The notes under the pieces: model-generated
Seen by the model: only the letters and a program-made list of their open reading frames with translations
Database searches by the model: none
What the model was told of the DNA's origin: nothing
Shown here: piece after piece, positions 13,070-25,472 of the stretch
Layout: every line of letters begins with the position of its first letter
Position numbering within the stretch: the stretch's first letter is position 1
Program-made: the position numbers and the translations under genes
Assembly: GCF_009834535.1 (NCBI RefSeq)
Contig: NC_045696.1
Coordinates: 104,162,001-104,226,000, forward strand
From: Camelus ferus
Taxonomy: Eukaryota
Direction: 5' to 3'
Length of the DNA: 64,000 bases

Positions 13070-13250
13070 GTATATATGGTGTGGTTGAAAGAAAAGGGGC
13101 TTAGGTTGCAGAAAAACCTGATTCCATCATTGGCCAAGGTCCTTAACCTCTCTGAGCCTTAGTTTTCTCATCTGTGAAATGGGTTGCTCCAAAGATTAAA
13201 TGAGATAATTCATACAAAGCATTTGCTAGCAATAGATAGTAAAAATTGGT
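13070..13250 (+). mobile_element. MIR SINE. Other MIR relics lie near 1-100, 15170-15340, 19510-19750, 19960-20190, 21170-21350, 26080-26240, 48460-48660, 54340-54525 and 62960-63150.
   Basis: Core cttaacctctctgagccttagttttctcatctgtgaaatggg...gattaaatgagataat. Confidence 0.85.
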
Positions 13251-16144
13251 ACTTGATTGATCGATCAATTGATTGATTTCTACTGATGGTACTGGTTTTA
13301 GTATTATCACTACCATCTATTCTCAAGGGCCAACTCATTTTTTACCTCTATGTCAAATCTATCACAATACTCAAACCAACACTGCCAACTCCATTCTCTG
13401 AACTCAAATAGCACTCTGAGTCAGCCCTTCATAATTTAATACTTAATTGCCTACATCTTACATTACTTTCTATTTATTTTGTGTCAGTCCTGTCTTCACA
13501 GATTTCAACTGCCTTTTCCTAATTGTTTAGCAGCTGTTTAAGATACTGCGTATTTTTGGGAAGCAGGCTGCAAAGTGAATCTCTGCTCTGAGCTCAGAAA
13601 ATTTTCAGGAGGGAAAAAAAAGTAGCTAAGGAATCAGGAATCTCTGCATGTAAAGTGGTGTATGTTATTTCACTTGCTATGATTTTGCTGGGTTTCCAAA
13701 TTAATTGCTAAAACCCTTAGTATAGCTAGCAACCAGCAGGGAAGCTATCAAATCAGATTGGGTTCATTTCTTGAAAACAGTGTGAATTAATCTGACTTCT
13801 ACAGAGGAAACAGGCTCTCACCCTTAAAACTCTGCTGAAAATAAACGAATCTAATATTAATCTGAAAATACCATGTAAACAGTTCTTCGTGCAAGACAGA
13901 AGTGCTACTATTAAAAAAACCCAAAACCCAAAAAACCCTACGTTTCTTGGCCGCAGTTGACAACATATTTTTCAACGTGGAGACTGTTTTGCAATAAGGG
14001 AAGAATGGCTCCATTAAGGCATCAGCTTTATGGAATCTAGTGGCTGGCTTCAAGTGCTATTTTAGGGCCTCTGTGACATGTATAAACGTCTGTGTTGACA
14101 GCTCTGGCTTCCTGTTACCAAATGTGAATAAAATTAGTCCTCATTTAAAGAAGGAACTTATTATATAGAGAAAGTTGAACTACAGGATTGGTTCATTAGT
14201 GCTCCCATTCCTTGTATAGACCCTGCTATTGCAAACAGGAAGGATCTCCAGCACACTGGGCATTGTTGGAACTTTCTGGAGAAGAATAACATTGCAGCAT
14301 TGCTCTGGTAATAACCTAAGCACTGGGTCATTCTGTGGGTATTTGATGAAGCCAAGGAAAGGACTGTTCCCCAGAAAAATTCATAGTCATAAATAAAAAA
14401 TGTGCAAGGGTTCCAGTGATTGCTTCCAAGAGTCAGTGGATCCTAGGTTAAGAAACTCTAGGCCAAGTTGACAAGGGGGTGTGGTTTCAGGAAGAGGCTG
14501 GGAAGTCAGCAATGGCCAGGAGGGTATGGCTGTGTCTCTCTGGCTGCCTAGGAGCCAGCATGGAGTGCTCAGGGAATGGTGTTTGAATCAACATATGAAT
14601 GAATGGATGGCTGGAAACAAGGCAAGTGCTGATGTCTCTCTAAGATCACAACAGAGTCAGCTCAGTGACTTTAGGGAGGAGCACCAGTGTTGGTGACAAC
14701 TTCATACATAATCTCTTTTGTCCTTTCTCCTCTTTGCTTGGGATTGCAGGTGAGTGAACACAGCCAGGTGGGTCATGCTTGCATCTGACCTCTGGAGGGA
14801 GAGAGTGTAGACATAGCCAGAAGACACACCTACTGTCTCTTTGCTGGTCTTGGTTCTACTCTAGGAATCCCTGTGCTTGAAGGAGCCCAGTCTCCCCAGT
14901 CAGCACTTGGCAACATGCCTGCACCGTTCCTTTCTTCCTGGCAAGATGCCAACATCCTTGGTGCTGTGATCTCAGGAGGCAATTTATAAGTGAATTCACA
15001 CCAGCCAATGTATAACAGCTCAGCTCTGTGACTCAAAGGGGATGACTCTCCAGAGCACTAATTTGATTACTGGGACAGGCCCGTGGGGGAGGCATTTGTG
15101 AGTGGAGTAGCCCTGCCCAGGGTGATGACAGCCTCCCTGTCAATGAGTATCACGTGAGGCCTTGGCGTACTGGTCCTAGTTTGGGTCCTGGCTCTCCCAG
15201 TAACCAGCTGAGGGATCTTAGCCAAGTCATGCTAATTTCCTTGAGCTTTAATTTCTTCTTTTCTAAAGTGGGGAACTAACTTTTCTAGCCCTCACAGGGT
15301 GATTAGGACGAATAGATGAGAGTATAAATGTAAAAGAAACTATTTGGCATTTGGCAAATATTTTAATGACTATCCTGCACGGACTAGCCTTGTTGGCAAG
15401 GGTAAACGTTGGGGTGTTGTGGAAATGAATCTAAATAATCCCATTGAAATTATGGTATCTAGGGGTCAGATTTGAAGATAAATTTCAGAAATGATTGAAT
15501 TCTGTAGGGCTCCCCTACCTCTAAAACCTGTCTTCACTGGCCCCGTGGGTCCCAGCCAACACTGGAGGCGGCTCAGAGAACTGCTTCAGGCATTCTTGAT
15601 GAGCCATCCGGGCTTGAGCAGGAGTCCTTGTGGGAGGAAAGGGCGAGAAGTGGAACGTGACTTGAGCTTTGTTCCCTTTCTTGTCTGGGGAGTTGCTGGG
15701 GAAGGCAGAGGCTCTCTGTGTCTTGGACGTTTGTGAGGGAGATTTGTGAATAGACAACTGTGTCAATGTCAGGCTACATTCGGTCAGCCCCTTAGGATGT
15801 CCAGCACAGAACCTTGTCTCTGTGAGGCCCAGGAGAAGGGGCAGTGTGAGGGAGGTTCTTGCTGGCTCGCCTGAAAGATTAGGGATGCATCTCATGCATT
15901 CGTGCTAGCTCTCTTAAGCTCTTGTGGAGATGTATTTTCTGAGATCAGAAGCACAGGGGGAGAGGCACGGTGGAGTTCAGACAGAGTGGGATGTTGAAGT
16001 CGGAATGTTCTGCTGGCAGCTGATGATGCCGTTGGGGGAGACAGAGATTCGGAAGCCACCAGCCAGGAGGTGGCAGGTGAAGCTTTGGGAGCTGACAAGC
16101 TTTCCGGGGAGGTGTGCTGAGTGACAGGAGGGACTCCTACATTT

Positions 16145-16425
16145 GGTGATGCACCAAAGGCAGGGCAGTGGGAGCCACTGGCTTGGGTGCTGGAACTGAG
16201 GGGAGCACTGTTTGTAGAGAATTTAAAAACAGTGATAAAAATGGATTAATAGTCAGCTTTTTATTATCACTGAGTACAGATGATTCTAAACAATATCAGT
16301 GATAACATTCTTTCTGCTGGGGAAGATGGCTCCCAGCACCCCATCCTTGGAATGTCACCGCCTACCTCCTCTTACATTTGCTCACTCCTTGATTGGAGAA
16401 TGCTTTCCTAAGTGGCACGCCACTC
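16145..16425. mobile_element. hAT-Tip100 DNA transposon relic (Arthur1/MER69-like)
   Basis: tgtagagaatttaaaaacagtgataaaa...tttttattatcac...attctaaacaatatcagtgataa resembles the recalled consensus. Confidence 0.6.
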
Positions 16426-18109
16426 TCCAGGCGTGCTCTGACCATGTACTGGGCCAGTGTTTTCCTGAGATACTTGAACAGAATTACAGCATGGTGATGT
16501 CTGGAAAAAAGAAGACAAGAGCTTCTCGAAATAGAGATTCCTGCATCCAGGTCCAATCAAGCCTGAGATTTACCTAAAATATTCATTTACAGAAGCCAAC
16601 AAATTCCCCTATGCGTCTAGTCTGATTTGCATTTTTATCACCTGCAACAGAAAGAATTCCACTCATACAAATACCATATTGGTAACTATAGGCACAGGAA
16701 GCATTTGAATGTACATAAGGTATTCTGATTTTCACCTAGTGACTAAAATTGAGGCTGTGGTTTCTAGGTTTTCCCTAGCTTTGGTGACCTCTGTCATCAC
16801 CAAGCAAACAAACACAGTTGGCAGGTCACAGAGACACCTTTATGTACACACCAGAGCTCAGTAGAAAGCTGCTTGGATCCCATCCAAGGCAATTATTTAC
16901 AGAAGTTCCCAAAGCATATAATTATAGGGCCATAGTGCAGGACCCGCACCACGTGAGCAGCTCTTGAGTGTAACTCTAGAGTGTTATACAAGAGAGTCAC
17001 TGAATTGGCTAACCCTGTATTTAGGGTTAAAAAAAAAAATGAATGAGTGAAGAATAAATATTCCACTGCAGTAAACTTGAAGCGAGGAGACCTGAATCAA
17101 CAGCATTTCACATGAGAAAGATTTGAAGATAAAACTTTTTAAAAAGGCAGAAGAAGCTGCCCTTAGGGCTTTAAATTTATCTCACATCTAACACTAACCA
17201 GTAGTTGACACAGTAGCTTAAAAAAAAAAAGCTGATGTTATAGTCCAAGCAGGCCCTCCGTCATTAGCAGGAAGATGATTCCAGCACCTTCAGGCTTATA
17301 GCTTATGATCTCTTAAAGTGAGAGATCCTTTTTTTTGCCCAGCAGTTCCCCCAAATGGCTGTGAATAGGCCTGGTTGGCTCCTGTGCCTATCCCTGAATT
17401 AATCACTGCCCTAGGGGATAGAAGGGAGAGACTGACTGGTTTGGGTCCCCTGGCCCACCCCTGTGGAGTAGGCAGGGATGTCCTCCCTGATTGACAACCC
17501 CACATAATTCCATACACTGGGACTGGGCAGGTCCACAAAAACTGGAGGCAGGGTTGATAGAAGGTAACACATGTCCACAGGAGTTCTCTGAGTTTCAAAA
17601 CTTCATTTTCTTTCCTATTGCTGCTCCCTTCTTTCTGATCACTTTGTTTAAAAACTTAGGAGTTGGGTAGAGCCTGTCATCAATGACCTGGCCCCTCTCA
17701 ACAACCCTAGGCTGGAAGCCTGCAGACATTTCCCAGCATCACTTCTCAGCTTGCTGCTGTTAGGATCTTCTGATAGGAGGCAGTGGCCAAAGACTGGAAG
17801 GTGAAGGAAAGGGAGAAGCCGGTTTTCCCTCCAGTTTCTGATGGGGCCTCTGGGTATAGTGGGGACAGGAGCTGTGGCCAGCCAGTGCAGGTGCCTGGGT
17901 ATGGTAACCTCAGAAGTGCACTGCTCCTGGGCTCTGGGTGACAGCACCATTTTCTTTTTAGTCCCAGGATTAGTATGTAGTGGCCCTGCAGGTGCTAAAC
18001 TTTTGATTTCCCTCTTTTGTTCCTTACAACACATTGTAACCAGTTCCTGGTATTAATGTCTCTTTGTTTAGGATACCTAGAGTGTTCTCCTGATTGTACT
18101 CATATGAGT

Positions 18110-19380
18110 TTCATTTTATTTTGTTATTAGAAATTCTTATTTTTTAATTTAAAACAATTAAAAAATTGTGGCAGAAGACATATAACATAAAATTTATTGT
18201 TATGTTTTTTAAAGTGTACAGTTTAGTGATGTTAAGTATATTGATGTTGTTGTGTAACCATTACCACCATCCATCTGCAGAACTTTTCCGTCATCCCAAA
18301 CTGAAACTCTATACCCATTAAGCACTAACTCCCCTTTTCCCCCTTCACCCAGCCTCTAGCAACCACCATTTTACTTCCTGTCTCTATGAGTTTGACTACT
18401 CTAGGTACTTCATAGAAGTGGAATTATACAATATTTTGGGACTGGCTTCTTTCACTTAGCATAATGTCTTCAAGGGTCATCTACGTTGTAGCATGTGTCA
18501 GAATTTCCTTCCTTTTTAGGCTTAATAATATTGCATTGTCTGTATGTAACACATTCTGATTATTCATTGTTTATCAGCTTGCTAAGTCTTCCATAACTAA
18601 GTACCACCAACCTGGTGGTTTAAACAAGAGAAGTTTATTTTCTCGTACTTCTGGAGACTTGAAGTCCAAGATTGAGGTGTCGACAGGGTTGATTTCTTCT
18701 GAGCCCTCACTCCTTGACTTGGAGTCTTCTTGTATCTTCATGTGGTCTTCCCCCTGTGTGTGTGTGTGTGTATCTTAATTTCCTTTTCTTATAAGGACAT
18801 CAGTCCTGTTGGATTAGGGCCCACACTAATGACCTCATTTAAAGTTACTTACCCTGTTAAAGGCCCCAATTCCAAATATGGTCACGTTCTGAGGTGCTGG
18901 GTGTTAGGACTTTGCCAAATGAGTTTCACCTCATAACAGGTTGCTTTCGTCCTTTGGCTATTCTGAATAATGCTGCTATGAACATGTACAAATATTTGAG
19001 TCTCTGCTTTCAATTCTTTTAGGTATATACCCAGAGATGGAATTGCTAGAGCATATGGTAATTCTATGTTTAGTTTTCTGAGGAACTGCCAAACCATTTT
19101 TCACAGCATCTGCACCATTATACAGTCCCAGCAGCAATGCACAGGGTTCCACCTTCTCTACATCCTTGTCAACACTTGGTATTTTCTGTTATTATTTTTA
19201 GGATAGCCATTCTAATGGATGTGAAATAGGAACTCATTGTGCTTTTGATTTGCATTTCCCTAATGATTAGTGAGGTTGAACATCTTTTCATGTGCTTACT
19301 GGCCATTTGTATATTTTCTTTGGAGAAATGTCTATCAAGTTCTTTGCCCACTTTTAGACATTTTTATTTTTTAAAAGAAG
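18110..19380 (-). mobile_element. Old L1 (L1MB-like) 3' end with a nested MLT1 LTR at about 18568-18938
   Basis: Minus-strand ORF scraps [36 protein letters not shown] and VWQFLRKLNIELPYALAIPSLGIYLKELK. The nested segment resembles the LTR at 6087-6455. Confidence 0.9.
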
Positions 19381-21592
19381 CCATATAAACACTATAAACA
19401 ATAGTAAGTGGACTTTCAACAAAATGGGGAATATATTCACTGATAACACCTAGATGTGAAATGACCACATTGTGGGGAAAACAGTTGGTACAATCTTGCA
19501 GAGTCAGCTATAGCAAGGTGGCAAAGCATGCGGGCATTATCTGAGGTCTGATTCCTGGTTCCTCCACTTACTAGCTATGTGACCTCAGGCAGTTTTCTTA
19601 ATCTCTTGTGTTTTAATTCCCCTATTTAGGAAATGGGAATAATAATACCACCTACTTCATAGGGTTGTTACAAAGGTTAAATGAGTTAACAATTAGTACA
19701 GTGCCTGGCACAAAGCAAGCACTTAATGTAAATTAGCTGTCATCATTGTTATTCTCTGGGTCCCCGACCTTCTGGGCTGCCTCCACAGCTGGGCACCTTC
19801 TGGAGTCCCCTCCCCCTACTGCTGGTGTTTTTCATTACCCAGTTATCCACCAGGCAAACAGATCTATGTAGCAGATACTACATGCTAAAAGCTTTCTACA
19901 TATTAACTTTAATTTTCACAATTACCTTTTCAACTATAATCTGATAGTCCTGAGCTCTGGCTCCGTGATCAGCTGGGAAGGAATCTGGGTTCGGATCCCA
20001 CATCTCCTCTTCCTCCGTGACCTTGGGCAAGTCACTTCACATCTCTGGGCTTCAGTTTCTATATTTCAAAAATGATGATAAGTCATTCCTATTTCACAGG
20101 GTCACTGAGGGGTTAAATAAGGTAAGGTCTGTAAAGCACTTAGCACACACAGTGCCTGACACATAGTAAATGCTTAAAAGATAGTTATTACTAATATATC
20201 CATTTTACAGTTGAGCCAAAGTTCTTGCCCAAGGCCATGAACTCGATGTTGAGAGATGGACCAAAACAATGTTCTTTATTATTTCCTTCCAATGTGCATG
20301 CATACATGATTTTTGTGCAGTTCCTGCTGTATGAGAAGAGTACAGACATAATTTTGTATTTTTAAAAATTGCACCTTAAAGCCTGAGTAATTTTTATATT
20401 GCTATGAAGATATGAAGACCTGACTAATATTCCACTGAATAATCCAGCATCTTTATGCCCATTATTTCCTTCCTTCTCCTGGACTATTTCCTTTGGATAA
20501 ATTCCCATAAATGGAATTTCATATGTCAAAGGGTGTTAAAATTATTTTGATTCTGGATATAGAACATCTTGTTGCTTTTCTGAAGAGTTTTGTAATAGTA
20601 ATTATGTTTGTATGCTGTAATTTGTTTTCTAGTCTCTTTGAAATAATTGACCACTGACAAAGAATGAATAACCTCGATATAGATAAGTAATCTCCAGGCT
20701 GAAAAGGAGTGAACAGGTTGGGGTTAGATGATAATCTTGTTTGGAAACGTGTAACTAAGTAACTCTGGTTATTGGAAGTAGGCGTATGGTTCTTGTCTCC
20801 TAGATTCGATGCTCACATCATCTGGTTAAGGAGTGTGTATGTTATCTATAAATGACCAGTTCAGTCTCTGGGCATATGAGGGGCCAAGTATTACCAGGAG
20901 GGTATGACTTGTTTACTGGGTCCTGCTGATCACTTGACTCACCTCCAGAAGAGGTTTCTTGCTCTGAAGGGAACCTGGATCTGAGGTGCAGGTGCCTGAG
21001 TGGGAGTCAGTCTTCAAATTGTTAACTCAGGGTGTGGAGTCCAGGAGGACAGGGCCTCCATCCTTCACTATTAGTCTCAGGATCTACAGAAAGCTCTGAG
21101 AGCCTCTGGTTCTTTATCTGTATGAGGGGAAGAGTGATATGGTCAATGGTAAATATTTAACAAGCCTTTAAATGGCTTCACATATATTAAATCATACAGT
21201 TCTCAAACAACTCTATGAAGGAGGTATTCTCACAATTCTCATTTTACAGATGAGGAAACTGAGATAAAGACTGCTTAAAGAACTTGCAGCCAGTAAGTGG
21301 AGGAGCCAGGTTTGAATCTAGGTTATCGGGCTCCAGAGCTTCAGTCTTCAAAATCACACTCAATGTTGAATAATATGGAAGGCTAGTGAACCTTAGCTTT
21401 AAGAACTATTGTGAAGGTTAAGGATGATGGCACATCTGGTATATGGCTCCTGGGCTTGCTGTTCCACAGAAGTGTTCACTCTTGCTAAATTTGTCAACCA
21501 TCTCCATATCGCCAAGCCCAATAAACACTTCTCTGTTTTCATTTTCCCTGACCATGCAATAGCATTAAACCCCGTTGACCATTTCTTCATTA

Positions 21593-22266
21593 TTTTTTTT
21601 TTAACTCACAGGTCCTGAGATTGGTTTTTCTTTGATTTATTTTGTTTTGTTTTGTTTAAACAAATGTACCCCACAACGGTGCAACAAGTAAGGTGAATGC
21701 GATGAATATGAAAGCGGCAGTTTGCAACATGCTATATCTAGAACCCAGGGGAAGTGCATTAGACAGAAGTGCTGGTCATTCTAATTAAACAGTAAGGTGA
21801 CATCATGGCAAGTTGGTTTGCAGCATCAAAACTGTCCATTGAAGTTTCTTTTCTCTTAATGATTAGAGGTCCCATGTTGGCTCTAGTCTCTTCGTTGTGT
21901 TTTCTGTGAGATCCATCACAGAATGGGAATTTCTTGGAGTCCAACAACAGCAGTACACAGCTTTGTCTTCTAAATCCTCCATGTCAAAAGCCTGTGTGGT
22001 CTTGGAGTTTTCTTTCTGGTTGTGAAGGTTTGCCATAGATTTTCTATGATGATCTTTAACATAAAATCTTTTGTAAGCTAAATAACCAGCTGGAACTGTC
22101 CCAGCAGAGATGGTAACGGCTGTGATCCATTCAGCTTGGGTGCTGGAAGTCACTCTCATGGTGCTGTCACTTGCAAAGAGTGTACTCAGGACACTGAGCA
22201 CAGGTAGGCCCAGTGGCCACCCCAAGTCAAGATGTGAGAGGGGTCCCAAGGGCACCAGTTCTGGCT
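21593..22266 (-). pseudogene. CISD1: Processed pseudogene of CISD1 (mitoNEET, CDGSH iron-sulfur domain protein 1). The CDS remnant spans 22159 to 21840.
   Basis: From accATG at 22159 it reads [73 protein letters not shown], then a 1-nt frameshift near 21940, then [32 protein letters not shown]. It is collinear with mitoNEET and intronless. The stop position reads TCA (21840-21842). A 3'-UTR-like segment and a poly(A) remnant (T-run 21593-21602) follow. Confidence 0.95.
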
Positions 22267-22504
22267 GCCCCTTTGTTTCTGAAACACTTTCTTTTAGCTT
22301 TAGTGACAACCCACTCATGAGGGTTTGCTGATATTCCACTGACTGTTCCTTAGTCTCTTTTTCTCTTTCCTGTTAACTGACCTCTAAATATTGGTGCGCC
22401 CTGGGCTGGTGTCTCCTTGGCCCTCCTCTTTTCTTTCCCTGGGAGAGCTCACACAGTCTGGTGGCATAAGATATCATCTGTATCATATATTTGTTGATAA
22501 CCCC

Positions 22505-22655
22505 GGTATCAACCAGAGTTCAACCAGAGAACCAGAACCAGCAGGAATATACATTAAGACACTTGTGGCAAAGAATTTCTTGTGTGATTTCAAAGGCTTG
22601 CTAGGTAAGCCCAAAATCTGTAGGTCAGGCTCTCAGGAAGAGTGGGCTGGAGCTC
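22505..22655. mobile_element. MLT2-like LTR fragment
   Basis: agagttcaaccagagaaccagaaccagcagga...cccaaaatctgtaggtcaggc. Confidence 0.55.
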
Positions 22656-22794
22656 TTTCACTGTCCCCAACCCTAGGCTAGACTCCCTCATCTCCAGCCT
22701 GGATGACCGCCAAACCACTTGCCCAGTCTGTCTGCTTACAGTCTTCCCTCACACTCATCCTTGCTCCACCCATTCACCAGCGTGACCCTTTTAA

Positions 22795-23101
22795 AATTTA
22801 ATTTAATTTAATTTTTGTCAGTTTTATTGAGATATAATTGCTATACAGCACTGTATAAGTTTAAGGTGTACAGCATAATGATTTGACTGACATATATCAT
22901 GAAATGATTACCACAAGAAGTTTAGTGAACATCCATCATCTTATATAGATATGGAATTAAAGAAATAGAAATTTTTTTTTCCTTGTGATGAGAACTCAGG
23001 TTTTACTCACTTAACAACTTTCATATACAACATAGAGCCGTGTTAATTACATTGATCATATTGTACATTATATCCCTAGTACTTATTTATCTTATATTTG
23101 T
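22795..23101 (-). mobile_element. Truncated L1 3' end with a 17-bp TSD
   Basis: ttttattgagatataatt...aagtttaaggtgtacagcataatg; flanks cagcgtgacccttttaa (22778-22794) and cagagtgatccttttaa (23102-23118). Confidence 0.85.
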
Positions 23102-23214
23102 CAGAGTGATCCTTTTAAGGTATAAATCAGATTTACCTGATTTTCAAATCTGAAACTCATCAGTGACTTCCCATTGCTCTTAGCTTAAAATATAAACTTC
23201 ATACCTTGGTGGAG

Positions 23215-23756
23215 TGTATGACAAAATTGGTCACAATTTTTCCCATCTCTGTATGCATGCCCCTTTGCTATGTGACTTTTCCACCCCTCCCACTTCCCTA
23301 CCCCTTGAATCCAGGCTGGCTTTGTGTCTTGTGTTGATCAGTAGAATGCAGTACAAGTGACATTGTTTGACTTTTAAGCCTAAGCCTCACAAGACCTTAC
23401 AGCTTCTACTTTTATCCTCTTGGAATGCTCCCCTGAGACTGACATGTGCAGAAGACTGGTCTAGCCTACTGGAGGATGAGAAATCATATTGACAGAGAAA
23501 GGCTCTTCCATCTGAGGCCACCTAGACAGACCAGCCAATAGCCAGCATTAATCATCAGACAGGTGTGAGAAACCATCATAGATCAGCTAGTTCTGGACCA
23601 GCCACCAGTTGGTGGCAGATACAAAAGTGAGACCAGGTGAAACTGGTGGTCCAGCCCAAATGGCTGCCTCCCAGAATTGTGAGCAAGTAAATGGCTGTTG
23701 TTTTAAGCCACTAAGTTTTGGGTTGCTTTGTTACACAGCTATAGATAACTGTTACA
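23215..23756 (+). mobile_element. MaLR LTR (MLT1G/H-like)
   Basis: Ends in agaattgtgagcaagtaaatggctgttgttttaagccactaagttttgggttgctttgttacacagctatagataactgttaca. Confidence 0.8.
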
Positions 23757-25302
23757 CTTATTCTACAAGTCTCCTATATGCCTGTGGCCAGCTTCCCTAA
23801 ACTTACCTCATACTGCTCCCCCCTTGATTATTCTTCTCCAGCTACACTGGCCTTGGGTGTGGAGTATTCCAAACCCTTTCCTTCCTTCAGGCCTTTGCTT
23901 CCTTTGACAATTGTGTGCCAGGTTCATTTCCATCTTTCAGTGTGTATTAAAACACCATCCTTTAGTTTAAATTCAGATACCATGGAGCAGTCTCCTATGA
24001 CTGTATTTAAAGTTGTCTCTACCAATTACTCCCATTGTTATAATTTCTTTCCTCACCGCAGTTTAAAATTATCTTCTTCCTTCATCTGTTGATTTGTTTT
24101 TGGGAAAGGTAAGCACCACGATCTTTTCCACAGAGAACTACAGGCTGTCACAATCAGTGGATGACAGCTGGTGCAAAAGATAAACTTGTTCCCCTTTGAA
24201 GGTGAAGAGCATGGTTACTCGGTGAGGGCAGAGCAGTCAGGAACCCTGACGGTGGCTGAGGGGCAGCAGGAGGGTGTCAGTGGGGGAAAATGTCTTTCAG
24301 TGACTCAGAAACTGCCAAAGATACACTTCCTGTATGTCACACTTCATTGAGTTTCATCCCTTCCAGGCTCCTGGCCCAGAGCACCCTACCAACCTGATTT
24401 CTCTTCTTATCTGTCCCATCTTGAGTTCTGGGAGTTGCTGTCTGTAAGTGACCTCAGTCTCAAGGATAGCTCTGGAGACTTGGGGCTTTTGAAGAACTAC
24501 TAACATTGGTTAATGCTTTCATTCACAAAGGGAAAATGGAATTTAATTAAAGCAGATTTTGTTCCTCTTGAAGATTGATTCATAGCAAATCTTCAGAGAT
24601 TCAGGCTCATTGCTATGTTTTTACTTCTTAAACTTGGGAGCAGGGGATATAAGAAGAGACACTGTGAGAAAGTTCAAGAAATATTATTTTATTATCATTT
24701 GCTTAGGTTAAAAAACCTACCTAAATTCTAAGGAAAAAATGCCATGTATTAATCAGAAAACAGGCCTCCTGGGAACAACTGTGGAAAAGGCTGAAATAAA
24801 AGGGATGAAGAATGACAGTTTTATTACAGATATGAATCTCAACACTTCTGAACACAGGAAATGCATAACATTACTGCAGGGCAACAAGACATAATAGCTT
24901 ATTTATTTCATTGAGTTGAGAGAATCATAATTTTCTTTAAGCCTCAGAGCAAAGTATAATGTATTCTAGCTCTCAAGAATACTATTTAGAGAAGCCATAG
25001 GGCAGAAAACTATTTGAATGAGAATGGTGTCCTCTGCTTATGGGGCTGGTGGAAGTGGAGGGGCGGGATGGGGTTGGAGAATGCGGGAGTTTCTGATGAT
25101 TCCTTGCTCTCCACCTCTCAGACCCCTTCTCTGCTCTGTGTCCCAGCAGCAGGTCATCTCCAGCCTCTAGCACCCTAACGCCTTGCCCTCTAGCATCAGG
25201 TTGGGTCCAGCTAATGGAATACACCAGCAGGGGATTGGTAGGTGGAAGGAGAAAGAGGTCAGGGTATTTATACCTCCTCCTTATGCCTCTCTTCCTCCAA
25301 GG

Positions 25303-25472
25303 CAGTGGTTCTCAAAGAGTGGGCAATACACCAGAGCATCTGCATCCTCTAGGAGCTTGTTAGAAATGCGAGTTCTTGGCCTTGCTCTAAACCTTCTGGG
25401 GGACCCAGCAATCTGTAGTTTAACAAGTCCGCCAAGGTAATTTTGATGCTCTGTGAAATTTGGGAACCAGTG
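25303..25472. mobile_element. MER5A-like hAT MITE nested in an old ERVL-type LTR (about 25095-25720)
   Basis: Terminal inverted repeats cagtggttctcaaa...tttgggaaccagtg; internal gagcttgttagaaatgc and cccagcaatctgtagtttaacaag. Confidence 0.85.

Larger units (their letters stand above)
21490..24100 (+). mobile_element. L2 LINE relic split by four later insertions
   Basis: Collinear L2-like blocks: ctccatatcgccaagcccaat...gttgaccatt | gaaacactttc...ctctaaatattggtgcgccctgggct | ctcatctccagcctggatgac | aaatcagat...cagtgacttcccattgctctta | ctccagctacactggcc...ttcaggcctttgc. Confidence 0.75.

Noticed and set aside
21863..22339. 158-aa ORF as an N-terminally extended CISD1
   Set aside because: It starts at a non-ATG codon inside the L2 flank. 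Homology begins at ATG 22159 and the frame is lost near 21940.
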